Under the pieces are notes generated by a model that searched no databases, had not been told where the DNA came from, and saw only the letters and a list, made by a program, of their open reading frames with translations. A DNA stretch of 60,183 bases from Deferribacterales bacterium (GTDB lineage Bacteria; Chrysiogenota; Deferribacteres; Deferribacterales; Geovibrionaceae): positions 28,035 through 88,217 of the forward strand of contig JBFWMA010000010.1 in assembly GCA_050251875.1 (NCBI GenBank), written 5' to 3'. Below, piece after piece: positions 1 through 9,622 of the stretch. The position numbers and the translations under genes are program-made. Position 1 is the stretch's first letter. Each line of letters starts with the position of its first letter.

Positions 1-518
1 GCCAGCGCCAGCAGATCGCCCATCTTCTCCGGATATACTCCGTATTTTTCAAAAACCATCTCCCGCCCGAAGAACTCGTTGGTCTGGGAGTCATATATCT
101 TCACCTTGTCGCCGACTATCTGAAAGATATCTTTGTCTTTGGTGAGTATCCCCGCCTCGCCCTCGGCGTTCATGGCGAGGGTCGCCATTATGTCGTCCCC
201 CTCGTATCCGGCTATGCGGTAATAGGCTATGCCCATCAGCGGGATCAGTTCATCCAAAAGCTGAAACTGAATATTCAGGTCTTCCGGAGTGGCGTCTCTG
301 GTCGCTTTATATTCCGGGTGCTGTTCGTGGCGTCTGTTCTTCGCTTTGTGGTCGAATACTATCGCAACGTTCTCTCTGCCGAATCTTTTCGCCAGCGTCA
401 GAAGCACGTTGAGAACCCCGTGTATCACTCCGGTGGGAACACCCTTGGAGTTTGTCAGGGGCGGTGATTTATGAAATGTACGGAAGGCGATGTAGCTGCC
501 GTCTATGATTATCTTCAT
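1..518 (-). CDS. polA: DNA polymerase I, N-terminal 5'-3' exonuclease part (runs off window start)
   Basis: Manual translation from ATG at 518: MKIIIDGSYIAFRTFHKSPPLTNSKGVPTGVIHG...YKATR...GYEGDDIMATLA...TKDKD; ATGA overlap with the gpsA stop. Confidence 0.9.
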   Translation of the reverse strand, partial: MKIIIDGSYIAFRTFHKSPPLTNSKGVPTGVIHGVLNVLLTLAKRFGRENVAIVFDHKAKNRRHEQHPEYKATRDATPEDLNIQFQLLDELIPLMGIAYYRIAGYEGDDIMATLAMNAEGEAGILTKDKDIFQIVGDKVKIYDSQTNEFFGREMVFEKYGVYPEKMGDLLAL

Positions 519-1507
519 ATCTGCTCGCTCTTGAGCGGACGGGTCATCAGATCCACCACCGATCTTTTCGGGTCTTTATTGTTATAGAGAATCTCGTAAA
601 CTTCGTTGATAATGGGCGTATCCACGCCTATCTTCTTAGCCAGACTGTAAGCCGCCTTGGTGGTGTATACCCCTTCGGCAACCATGTTGGTGGACGCTGT
701 GATGTCTTTCAGGCTCATGCCCTCGGCTATCTTCAGCCCCACGTTTCTGTTACGGGACAGGTCTCCTGTGCATGTCAGCACCAGGTCGCCCATGCCTGAG
801 AGTCCCATGAAAGTCTCCGGCTTTCCGCCCAGGGCTATCCCCAGCCTCGCCATCTCTGTGAGACCACGGGTTATCAGCCCCGCTCTGGCGTTATATCCGA
901 ATCCCAGCCCGTCAGCTATCCCGGTGGCTATCGCCATCACATTTTTGATTGCTCCGCCCACCTCAACGCCCGTCACATCGTCTGTGTAGTAACATCTGAA
1001 GTAAGAGCCGGACAGTTTTTTCTGCCACCACACGGCATCGCTCTCGTCTTTGGAAGCTATGCTCACCGCTGTGGGTTTCTGCTGAGCCACCTCTTTGGCG
1101 AATGAAGGACCGGACAGGATGGCGAACTCGGCATCGAACACGTCCTGAAGCACATGAACGATCAGCTTTCCGCTATCTATCTCTATCCCTTTGGTAGCTA
1201 TCAGTATATTTTTACCTGTGAATGATTTTTTATAGTCTCTGCCCACTCTGGCGGAGAACTGTGTCGGCACGGACCAGATGATGCGCCCGCAGTCCAGATT
1301 TTTTAATTCTCCGAAAGGTTTTGCTGTGACATTCGCCGGAAGTTTCATATCCGGCATGAAAAGGTTGTTTATGTGATTGGTGTTTATACTCTCGACAAGC
1401 TCTTCTTCCACAGCGTATATCACAACGCTGTCAGTATTTTGCGCTGCCAGCGCCGCCAGAGCCGTGCCCCAGCTCCCGCCGCCCACAACGACCAATTTAT
1501 CTTGCAT
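515..1507 (-). CDS. gpsA: NAD(P)H-dependent glycerol-3-phosphate dehydrogenase
   Basis: GGGSWGTALA, LSGPSFAKEV, GGAIKNVMAIA, GDLVLTCTGDLSRNR motifs; start trimmed to MQDKLVVV. Confidence 0.95.
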   Translation of the reverse strand: MQDKLVVVGGGSWGTALAALAAQNTDSVVIYAVEEELVESINTNHINNLFMPDMKLPANVTAKPFGELKNLDCGRIIWSVPTQFSARVGRDYKKSFTGKNILIATKGIEIDSGKLIVHVLQDVFDAEFAILSGPSFAKEVAQQKPTAVSIASKDESDAVWWQKKLSGSYFRCYYTDDVTGVEVGGAIKNVMAIATGIADGLGFGYNARAGLITRGLTEMARLGIALGGKPETFMGLSGMGDLVLTCTGDLSRNRNVGLKIAEGMSLKDITASTNMVAEGVYTTKAAYSLAKKIGVDTPIINEVYEILYNNKDPKRSVVDLMTRPLKSEQI

Positions 1508-1576
1508 ACATGCCCCCGGGATGCTATATATAAAAAGACTTAAAAACGTCTTACACACAAAATTGTAGGTGGTTTT

Positions 1577-1861
1577 ATGCTTAAAATCAATCAATATGAC
1601 ATAGAGATGCTGAAAAACATCAACGAGCACAGAGCGTGGGAAATTTTTCCGATATTTCTAGAGCATAACCCCGATGTGTGCACATGCAGCAGCTGTGTTC
1701 TGGATATCATGGCGATCACTCTGAACACTCTGCCCCCCTGCTATCAGACCAACGAACCCAACGTTATAGCCGCCAGAAACAAAGTATCCGATGAAGAGAT
1801 CTACCGCAAGATGAAGGAAGCGTCCATCATAGTAAAAAAACGCCCCAGACATCAAAGATAG
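1577..1861 (+). CDS. ComFB-family (late competence development) protein
   Basis: CTCSSCVLDIMAITLNTLPPCY and C-terminal RPRH pattern typical of ComFB. Confidence 0.75.
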   Translation: MLKINQYDIEMLKNINEHRAWEIFPIFLEHNPDVCTCSSCVLDIMAITLNTLPPCYQTNEPNVIAARNKVSDEEIYRKMKEASIIVKKRPRHQR

Positions 1862-1870
1862 TTTTGGTTT

Positions 1871-1988
1871 GTCATCGCGAGGAATTTTGCGATGTGGCGA
1901 TCTCAAATAGGCAGAATTAATTACCGACCAGTTTAATCATAGACAATCGCTTGAGACTGCCACACTGATTTCATCAGTTAGCAGTGAC
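1871..1988. repeat. Inverted pair of GTCA..(hairpin)..TCTC palindromic repeats (CGTC-type REP-like), no gene between
   Basis: gtcatcgcgag...gtggcgatctc (1871-1904) and, inverted, gagactgccac...gcagtgac (1953-1988). Confidence 0.7.
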
Positions 1989-1997
1989 GAGTCATTG

Positions 1998-3392
1998 TTA
2001 TTTCTTAGCCTCAAAGTAATAGTAAATATCTTTGCCTATTATCCTTTTCAGCATCACAGCTTTTATCGATCTGTTCACGGGATCTGCATATCTATAGATG
2101 GGCTTTCCGGCTGAGTCCCGCACAGCCCCTTCAGACATATTGAATGTATGGTCGCAGTTTTCCGGATATTTATCAGATACATGCTCTGACCCGTCCGCTG
2201 TAAAATATTTCACGCTTCTGTCCAGATCTCTGAAATATCCCTTCCCGTCTTTCAGACAGACTTTTCCGATGTCCTCAGCGCCCAGCACCACGGATTTCCT
2301 GAAATTAAGCTCGCTGTCCACGAAAACCAGAACGCCGTCCTTCTTCAGAAACAGCAGTCCTTCCGTATAAAGTCCCGAATCTGCGCCCACAGGCGATCTG
2401 AATGCGCTCTCTGTTCCCGTAACATATCCGTCACAGAACATATATCCGCTCTTTTTCAGCAGAAAACAGCCGTCCTTTCCCTGCGCCTTGTTAACTTCCT
2501 TTATCTCGGCACTGCCGAAATCCGCCTGCATGCGGATCAGCCTGTTTTCATCGGTATAGACGTAAATATCTGAATCAACATAATTAATCTGTTTGATACC
2601 CAGAGAGTCTTTTGTGATGGCGGAAAATTTATTGGTGGCGGTGTCTATCAGAGCTATCTTGCCGTTTTCCGTGGCGAACAGCATGTTTGTCTTTCCCAGC
2701 TGTCCGTATATCACCCTGCCCAGAAATGTTCCGGTGAAAATCTCATTGGTCTTATATCTGTCATAAAGAGCATAGCTGTTTGACGTGAACTCCAGAAAAC
2801 CGGTATCAGAGAGCGACACGCCTTTTCTGTTCGTATCTGTCTCCGACAGCGTTCCGCATCTGCTGATATCTGCCAGAACAGCCTTCTTCCTGCCGTTCAC
2901 CAGAGCCAGCGAACCGCTGAGCAGCACGGACGAATATTCACCATCCAGATTGATCGACAGACACTCCGGTCTGTTGGTCTCCAGGCGGTCTTTCTTCAGC
3001 AGTATCATCGTGCCTTTATCATAGTCGAAATCTATCACGTCAGATGAGATATTAACCACAGTGGGTTCTTTGGAATATTTGTAGACTGTCGCCAGACTGA
3101 ATTCTGACTCCGGCATGGACATCTCAAATTCCTTCGGATCGTCCGCCTTCGTCATGCCGTTTTTTATCATTATGGATGTCTGCTCTGGCTGCGGCACAGG
3201 TTCTGTGGGAGCAGCGGCTGTCACGGCGCACGAACAGAGCACCAGCAGAGCCAGAGCTCCTCCGCCGAAACGCAGAAGACGCCTGATAGGATTCTTTTTT
3301 CTGACTGTTTTCAGAGTGGGATAGACCTTTAGAGCCAGCTCCCTCTTCTCTTTTTCTGTCAGCTCCTGACAGGGGCTCGTTTTAGAAGCCAA
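1998..3392 (-). CDS. Hypothetical exported/lipoprotein
   Basis: Long ORF with hydrophobic stretch and lipobox-like LCSC; true start uncertain. Confidence 0.6.
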   Translation of the reverse strand: MASKTSPCQELTEKEKRELALKVYPTLKTVRKKNPIRRLLRFGGGALALLVLCSCAVTAAAPTEPVPQPEQTSIMIKNGMTKADDPKEFEMSMPESEFSLATVYKYSKEPTVVNISSDVIDFDYDKGTMILLKKDRLETNRPECLSINLDGEYSSVLLSGSLALVNGRKKAVLADISRCGTLSETDTNRKGVSLSDTGFLEFTSNSYALYDRYKTNEIFTGTFLGRVIYGQLGKTNMLFATENGKIALIDTATNKFSAITKDSLGIKQINYVDSDIYVYTDENRLIRMQADFGSAEIKEVNKAQGKDGCFLLKKSGYMFCDGYVTGTESAFRSPVGADSGLYTEGLLFLKKDGVLVFVDSELNFRKSVVLGAEDIGKVCLKDGKGYFRDLDRSVKYFTADGSEHVSDKYPENCDHTFNMSEGAVRDSAGKPIYRYADPVNRSIKAVMLKRIIGKDIYYYFEAKK

Positions 3393-4236
3393 TTAACCGC
3401 ACCTCTTGTTCCAGAGTAATTCCGGTTTGTTCTTTCACCGTTTCTTTCACATGGCATATCAGATTATAAATATCTGATGATGTAGCGTTATCTATGTTCA
3501 ATATAAAATTTGCGTGTTTCTCTGACACAACAGCGCCGCCGATTCTGTAGCCTTTCAGCCCGCACTGTTCTATGAGTGTTCCGGCATAGTTTCCTTCAGG
3601 TCTCTTAAACACAGACCCGCATGATGGGAAGTCCAGAGGCTGTTTCTCCTGTCTCTTTGCCAGAATATCTGTCCGTCTCTTTTTCAGTTCCTCTCTGTCC
3701 GCCTCTTCCAGACGGAATACAGCGCCCAGCACCACGCCTTTCAGATTATCCGCCCTGCGGTATCCGAATCCGGCGTCAGCGCCCTTTACTCTGTATGTTC
3801 CGCCGTCCAGCGACATCATATCTATCTCTACAGCGGAATCTTTTATCTCCTGGGTGAAGGCTCCGGCGTTCATCTTTACCGCTCCGCCCACAGTGCCAGG
3901 GATGCCGGACATGTCTTCCAGACCTTTCAGCCCGTTTTCGCACGTCCACTCCGCCAGCGAGTCGATGGATACCCCCGCTCCGGCATATACCGAATCACCG
4001 TCTCTGACAATATATCCGTTCAGCCCGGCAGTGTTGATCACCATGCCCTTTACACCGCTGTCGTGCACCAGAACATTATATCCGCCGCCCAGAATGATTA
4101 TTTCCTTTTTGTTATCATATGCGTACATCAGCGCTTCTCTCAGCTCGGCGTCTGTTTTCACCCGGCTGTAGCTCTCCGCTTTTCCGCCTGTTTTATATGT
4201 GCATAACCCGTCTAAAGGGTAGTTCTTTTCTATCAT
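3382..4236 (-). CDS. murB: UDP-N-acetylenolpyruvoylglucosamine reductase
   Basis: GIPGTVGGAVKMNAGA, QPLDFPSCGSVFKRP, SEKHANFILN. Confidence 0.95.
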   Translation of the reverse strand: MIEKNYPLDGLCTYKTGGKAESYSRVKTDAELREALMYAYDNKKEIIILGGGYNVLVHDSGVKGMVINTAGLNGYIVRDGDSVYAGAGVSIDSLAEWTCENGLKGLEDMSGIPGTVGGAVKMNAGAFTQEIKDSAVEIDMMSLDGGTYRVKGADAGFGYRRADNLKGVVLGAVFRLEEADREELKKRRTDILAKRQEKQPLDFPSCGSVFKRPEGNYAGTLIEQCGLKGYRIGGAVVSEKHANFILNIDNATSSDIYNLICHVKETVKEQTGITLEQEVRLIGF

Positions 4237-4244
4237 ATTTTCCT

Positions 4245-4550
4245 CGGCGGGGTATAAAACCCCGCCCTACTTTTGGCGGGCGTTTCTAATCCCAGCTTGC
4301 TGGCAAAACCCCGCCCTACTTTTGGCGGGTGTTTCTGTTCCCAGCTTGCTGTAAAAACCCCGCCCTACTATCGGCGGGCGTTTCTAATCCCAGCTTGCTG
4401 TAAAAACCCCGCCCTACTTTTGGCGGGCGTTTCTAATCCCAGCTTGCTGGAAAAACCCCGCCCTACTATCGGCGGGCGTTTCTAATCCCAGCTTGCTGTA
4501 AAAACCCCGTCATGGTGAATTGAAGTAGGGTGGCATTTTATATGCCGCCG
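4245..4550. repeat. Tandem array of five 49-bp GTAG-type REP units bounded by single REPs (BIME-like)
   Basis: aaaaccccgccctac recurs at 4256, 4305, 4354, 4403, 4452 (partial at 4501), exact 49-bp period; flanking cggcggggtataaaaccccgccctac and gtagggtggcattttatatgccgccg. Confidence 0.9.
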
Positions 4551-4557
4551 TGCTTTT

Positions 4558-5352
4558 TTATTTTTTACTGATCTTAGTGCCTGTCAGCGCATAAACGCAT
4601 CCGCAGTCTCTCTCTTCGGAATATATCTCAGGCAGACAGCTTACTATTCTTTTCAGCTTTTCACCAGCCTTCGTCATTTCGGTGATGACCTCTTCCACTG
4701 TCAGCTTGGTTTTACCAGTGCCTGCGCCGTAGTTGGTTATGATGCTTACGTTGGTGTAGCATATTTCTTTTTCTCTGGCGAGAGAACACTCGGGAAAGAG
4801 TGTCATTCCTACCAGATCAGCTCCCCATCTGTCGAAAGCCTTTATTTCCGCTCCGGTCTCCAGCCTGGGACCGTTTGTGCAGACGTATGTGCCGCCGTCA
4901 TGAACATATATTCCGGCTCTCTCCGCACTCTTTTTCACCATATCTCTCAGACGCATGCAGAACGGCTCCGTAAGGTCTATGTGGTATATGGTTCCTTCAG
5001 AATAATAAGTGTGCTCACGTCCGCTTGTCATATCTATTGCGTTATCTGACAATACTATATCGCCGGGATTAAAAACTTTATTTATACCGCCGGTCGCTGT
5101 GAAAGACACAATGTTTTCGATTCCGAGCTGAGCGAACCCGTCAATGTTTGCTCTGTAGTTGACCTTATGCGGCGGGATGCCGTGTTCTCTTCCGTGCCTG
5201 TTCAGAAAATAGAACTCCATGCCGTTGTATTCATACAGCCTGTAGCTGTCTGATGGTCTGCCGTACGGTGTTTCTATCTCCACATCGGCTTTATAAACAA
5301 AGCCTTCAATCTCGTAAAGCCCGCTTCCGCCTATTACGCCTATCTTTCTCAT
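4558..5352 (-). CDS. mtnP: S-methyl-5'-thioadenosine phosphorylase
   Basis: [47 protein letters not shown]. Confidence 0.9.
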   Translation of the reverse strand: MRKIGVIGGSGLYEIEGFVYKADVEIETPYGRPSDSYRLYEYNGMEFYFLNRHGREHGIPPHKVNYRANIDGFAQLGIENIVSFTATGGINKVFNPGDIVLSDNAIDMTSGREHTYYSEGTIYHIDLTEPFCMRLRDMVKKSAERAGIYVHDGGTYVCTNGPRLETGAEIKAFDRWGADLVGMTLFPECSLAREKEICYTNVSIITNYGAGTGKTKLTVEEVITEMTKAGEKLKRIVSCLPEIYSEERDCGCVYALTGTKISKK

Positions 5353-5999
5353 GCCTTCTCCATCCTGATTATCCTGTCGCAGGATTTCGCTATCTCATCA
5401 TCATGGGTAACTATCAGCACTGTTATTCCGTCATCTTTCAGACTGTCAAACATCGCCAGAACCTCGTCACTGTTTTTCCTGTCCAGGCTTCCGGTGGGCT
5501 CATCCGCCAGAATCAGTGAGGGTCTGTTCATCAGAGCGCGGGCGAGCGCTGTTCTCTGCTGTTCACCGCCAGAGAGCTCAGACGGAAAATGCGTGGCACG
5601 GTCAGCCAGATGAAACCTTTCAAGAAGCGTCATGGCGTAATCTTTTACCTCTGACTTGCTTCTGCCCGCTATCATAGCAGGCATCATCACATTTTCCAAA
5701 GCGGTGAAGTCATCCAGAAGATAATGAAACTGAAAAACGAATCCGATCTCTTCATTCCGGTATCTGTCCAGATCACGCCCTTTTTTATCAAAAATATTCT
5801 CGCCTTTATAGCTAACTATTCCGCTGTCTATACTGTCCAGCCCGCCTATGATCTGAAGCAGTGTAGATTTACCAGCTCCGGACTGACCGACAATGGCGAC
5901 ACGCTCGCCTTTCATAGCGGTCATGCTGAAGTTATTCAGAACATGTATGCTGGTGTCGGCTTTGCCGAATGATTTGTTCAGGTTAATTATCTCAAGCAT
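5349..5999 (-). CDS. lolD: ABC transporter ATP-binding protein, LolD-like
   Basis: [38 protein letters not shown]; start trimmed to MLEIINLNK. Confidence 0.75.
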   Translation of the reverse strand: MLEIINLNKSFGKADTSIHVLNNFSMTAMKGERVAIVGQSGAGKSTLLQIIGGLDSIDSGIVSYKGENIFDKKGRDLDRYRNEEIGFVFQFHYLLDDFTALENVMMPAMIAGRSKSEVKDYAMTLLERFHLADRATHFPSELSGGEQQRTALARALMNRPSLILADEPTGSLDRKNSDEVLAMFDSLKDDGITVLIVTHDDEIAKSCDRIIRMEKA

Positions 6000-6020
6000 C
6001 TTGGCTCCATATATTCTTAC

Positions 6021-6081
6021 GTCATTACGAGCTTTCACAGAAAGCGTAGTAATCTCGGCGGCATGTTAAATGCCGCCCTAC
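6021..6081. repeat. Adjacent CGTC-type and GTAG-type REP-like palindromes
   Basis: gtcattacgag...gtaatctc (6021-6056) fused to cggcggcatgttaaatgccgccctac (6056-6081). Confidence 0.7.
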
Positions 6082-6116
6082 TTTGTTAGACTTATATAGT
6101 ATACATATTTTTACAC

Positions 6117-6149
6117 AAAAAAAAAGCCCGTCACATAGACGGGCTTTTT
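6117..6149 (-). terminator. Intrinsic terminator downstream of the porin gene (potentially bidirectional)
   Basis: aaaaaagcccgtc-acata-gacgggcttttt. Confidence 0.85.
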
Positions 6150-6172
6150 ATATCTAGATCACAGTTAAGTGA

Positions 6173-7429
6173 TTAGAAGCTAAGTACAAGGCCGTGTTTA
6201 ACGAGCATTATAGGATCATCGATGTCATAACCATCTACATCAAGATCAACTTTAGCATAACCGAAGTTTACATAGTAGCTGAGTTCTTTTGTGATAGCAT
6301 ATGTAGCTGAAGCATCGAATTCCCATGCTGTAGCGCCGTCAAGAACAGCGTTTTCAACGCCATCTTCGTCCCAGTTAGATGTAGCGTAAGCAAATTTAGC
6401 CATCAGGCTGAGTTTGTCGTTTACATCATACAGAGCGTAGAGAGCGTTTGCCCACCAACCTGAAAGGTCGCCACCTTGATCGCCTGTTGTCCAGCCTTCG
6501 CCACCAACGCCCATGTCATCGCCAAGGATGAATGTAGAATCGAAGTCATCTTTGAAATCGAAACCTTTTGTAGGCATATCGTCAGATACTGAACCGTAAG
6601 CAGTCAGGAAGCCGATTGTAGCAGCGCCAACTTTGTAGCCAACGTTTGCGTAGATACCGTAAACATTGAAGTCTTCTCTTGAGCCTTCAACTTCGTCAGC
6701 AAATGTAGTAGCGATGTACTGGAACTCTGTTTCAACGCTAAGAGCGCCGAATTTACCACCAACAGCAAGGTCGAAGTTGATAACTTTGTTATCTTTGCCA
6801 TCGTAACCGCCGATAGTAGCATCTTTGTTAGAGTTGATATCGTAGTCCAGTTTAGGAGCTACCATGATACCGCCGAATGTGCCTTTGTATCCGATAGAAT
6901 ATTTGTCAGCATCATCTTTTTCTGAATCTTCAACACCAGTGTTGAACTCTTCAGCTTTTTTCTGTGTAAGGATAGAAAGTTTTCCGCCGGCTACGGGAAT
7001 TGTAGCTTTAACTCTGTAAGAACCTTCAGCGTCATCAGCGAAAGCATATCCCCAAGCGCCTGAATCCATCAGACCAGCTTCGATCTGAACTGCACCGAAG
7101 TTGTGACCGATCCATGCTCTCTGTACAGAGAAGTCTGTGTTAGCTTTGTAAGCTGTATCGCTGCCGGATTCGCCAGTGATAGTTCTGTCAAGCAGCTCAA
7201 GTTTTGTTTTGAAGAATGTGTCTTTGTCTGTGTTTACTTGCATCCACAGATCCAGATCATGCTCATAGAAGCCACCGGAAACTGAGTCATCATCACCTGT
7301 GAGACCGTTGCCGTTGTAGTTGCTGACGTATTTACCGTCGAATTCATAAGTACCGCCGAATTTAACATCAGCTGCGAAAGCAGTAGCTGCGAAAGCTACC
7401 ATCATGAGAGCAACTAAAAGTTTTCTCAT
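6173..7429 (-). CDS. Outer-membrane porin-like beta-barrel protein
   Basis: Signal peptide MRKLLVALMMVAFAATAFA, amphipathic beta pattern, C-terminal Phe, strong aggagg RBS. Confidence 0.8.
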   Translation of the reverse strand: MRKLLVALMMVAFAATAFAADVKFGGTYEFDGKYVSNYNGNGLTGDDDSVSGGFYEHDLDLWMQVNTDKDTFFKTKLELLDRTITGESGSDTAYKANTDFSVQRAWIGHNFGAVQIEAGLMDSGAWGYAFADDAEGSYRVKATIPVAGGKLSILTQKKAEEFNTGVEDSEKDDADKYSIGYKGTFGGIMVAPKLDYDINSNKDATIGGYDGKDNKVINFDLAVGGKFGALSVETEFQYIATTFADEVEGSREDFNVYGIYANVGYKVGAATIGFLTAYGSVSDDMPTKGFDFKDDFDSTFILGDDMGVGGEGWTTGDQGGDLSGWWANALYALYDVNDKLSLMAKFAYATSNWDEDGVENAVLDGATAWEFDASATYAITKELSYYVNFGYAKVDLDVDGYDIDDPIMLVKHGLVLSF

Positions 7430-7857
7430 ATTGTTTCCTCCTGTAGGTTTTACATTAAGGTTGTTCCAAACCTTTTTTTCTTCTCTTTGCCTTTGCGGAT
7501 ATTTCACCGCAACTATTATAATCGTCTAGATGCTACCATGCAAAATTCTGCGTGTCAATATCAAAACGACATTTTTTTTGTTATAAATAACATCCACTTA
7601 TGGATAATTCAGGCTGACATACGCCCTGTCAGCAACCATATCGGCGCTCAAAATATAACAGAATATCTGATTATGCAAGTTAAATAACTTACAAATATAA
7701 GTCAGATAAATCAGTTACATATACTTTCCAGCACCCTCGCACACTCTTTCTAATCGCTTACCGGATGATAAACTTAAGAAAAAAATTGCATATCTGATAC
7801 CATCTTATGATACTACACCAAAAAAGCCGGAATTAAAAGATAAATTTATTACCCGTC

Positions 7858-9465
7858 TTACTTGGTCTCTATATATATGATCTGGGATTTGTCATCCTTG
7901 AACATATTTTCGCTGTAGTTTCTCAGCATGAAGAGATATGTGCGTCCAAATTCCTCATACATAAAATAATCCACGATAGTGGGCTGCATAATGTCTGATT
8001 CCCACTGCTGGCGCAGTCTGCGTCCGTCCCAGCTGAATATGGTAAAGCTGGATGATCCGTATATTTTTGTTCTGGAAAGCATTTTATACTTCTCATCATT
8101 TTTAACCAGATATACATTTCCGTCAGAGTTAACAAACACTCTTCCTTTAATGTATCTTCTCTTGCTCTCGGCTATGAAGGGATCGTCCCCTTCCTCTGTG
8201 GTTCTGAAATCGCTCGCTATCTCCTGTTTCATCAGAAAATAGTAAGGTGTCTGACCGAACTGCTCTATAGATGTATAGAGTCTCGCGCCTTTATTATATA
8301 CGTCCACTTTGTAGTCGGAGTTGATATCAAGAACCTCATAGCTGCCGTCTTTGTTAAGATCGCCGTATCCGAAGCCGTATATGCTCGCTTTTCCGGCAGT
8401 GTTCAGCGCCTGACCTCTCTCATATTTTCCATCGTTGCAGACTATCTCTGTTATGTTGCCCAGATATTCGCCGTCCTGTCCCATCATCTGGGAAACGATC
8501 TTTTTCTGTCCGTTCACATATATGGTGCGGAGGATATAGGGAATGTTGTTAGCCAGCTCCACATATTTTTTTCCGTCAAATTCATATACGGATGACTTGA
8601 TGGCGGAATCCCCGAGAACTGTTGTTATGAATATCTCGTCAATGCCGTTTCCGTTCAGGTCGGCTGTCTCCACGTTCTGAATGTATCTGAGTTTTGCCCC
8701 GAGAGAACCAGCGGGAGTAAACTGTTTTCCGTCGAATGTATAGAAATCCACATCACGGCTTGTAGCCAGAGTCAGATATATCTGGTCGTCTTTTTTGACA
8801 CGTCCCACAGCCATGGATTTATAAGGTTTGTCTATGGGTTTGCTGGTGAGAATATCTCTGGCGGCGTTCATGGATTTACCCGCCTCGGTGTCAAGGTCTG
8901 AGAAATATTTTGAATATATCACAGCGCCGGACTGAGTGTCTGTCACTGTGTAGCCGATCCCGCCTTCCGCCTTCTGTGAGAAGGTGACAGCCAGTCTCGC
9001 TTTATCTTTTATCATTATATTGTTAGCTTTGCTGATCTCTTCTTTCAGAAGAACCTCAAGACGAGAGGGAATATCCTGAACCTTAATCATTACGTCTATA
9101 GGAGGGTTAACAACAACGATGTCGCCCTGTTTCGGCGCTCTCTGCTGAACAGTCAGGCGTCCTGTGGAAAATTTCTCCTGAACATCGTCCAGAACCATGT
9201 CGCCTACATATATCTTTTTATTTCCCAGAATCTGTCCTGTGATGGGGTGGATGATGGGCTCATTCTCTCTGTATACTTTAGCAACCATACCTTTGTAGGC
9301 GCCTTTGTCCCTTCCGAGGTCGGTGTATACTGATTCGCCTTCAGCGCTGACAACATATCCTGAGATTTTTCCGAACATGTCGTTCACATCGGTAACCAGT
9401 TTTTCAAAGCGGGCAAAAGCCGCCAGCGGAATCATAAGCACGAGCAGTAGGATCAGCTTTTTCAT
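7858..9465 (-). CDS. Exported protein with FG-GAP/VCBS-like repeats
   Basis: Signal peptide; ADLNGNGIDEI and GDLNKDGSYEV motifs. Confidence 0.7.
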   Translation of the reverse strand: MKKLILLLVLMIPLAAFARFEKLVTDVNDMFGKISGYVVSAEGESVYTDLGRDKGAYKGMVAKVYRENEPIIHPITGQILGNKKIYVGDMVLDDVQEKFSTGRLTVQQRAPKQGDIVVVNPPIDVMIKVQDIPSRLEVLLKEEISKANNIMIKDKARLAVTFSQKAEGGIGYTVTDTQSGAVIYSKYFSDLDTEAGKSMNAARDILTSKPIDKPYKSMAVGRVKKDDQIYLTLATSRDVDFYTFDGKQFTPAGSLGAKLRYIQNVETADLNGNGIDEIFITTVLGDSAIKSSVYEFDGKKYVELANNIPYILRTIYVNGQKKIVSQMMGQDGEYLGNITEIVCNDGKYERGQALNTAGKASIYGFGYGDLNKDGSYEVLDINSDYKVDVYNKGARLYTSIEQFGQTPYYFLMKQEIASDFRTTEEGDDPFIAESKRRYIKGRVFVNSDGNVYLVKNDEKYKMLSRTKIYGSSSFTIFSWDGRRLRQQWESDIMQPTIVDYFMYEEFGRTYLFMLRNYSENMFKDDKSQIIYIETK

Positions 9466-9516
9466 ATCAAACCTCTATAATATTCGGTAATTCATCTAAT
9501 AACAAACGGCATTGAG

Positions 9517-9597
9517 CCTCCCTTTAAAAAGGGAGGTTTGGAGGGATTTTTGGTGCATTTTAAGAAATCCACCCCAACCCTCCTTTACAAAGGAGGG
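9517..9597. repeat. Inverted pair of CCTCCCTTT-type palindromic repeats (third REP-like family)
   Basis: cctccctttaaaaagggaggtttggagggattt (9517-9549) and inverted aaatccaccccaaccctcctttacaaaggaggg (9565-9597). Confidence 0.7.
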
Positions 9598-9622
9598 AGC
9601 AGGAGTAAAACCTGCTATTGTT

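Noticed and set aside
4273..4485. 70-aa ORF with repeated peptide
   Set aside because: Translation of the 49-bp DNA repeat; no RBS.
4256..4509. Possible CRISPR array
   Set aside because: Units are near-identical over the whole 49 bp with no unique spacers, and no cas genes are present; it is a REP-type tandem repeat.
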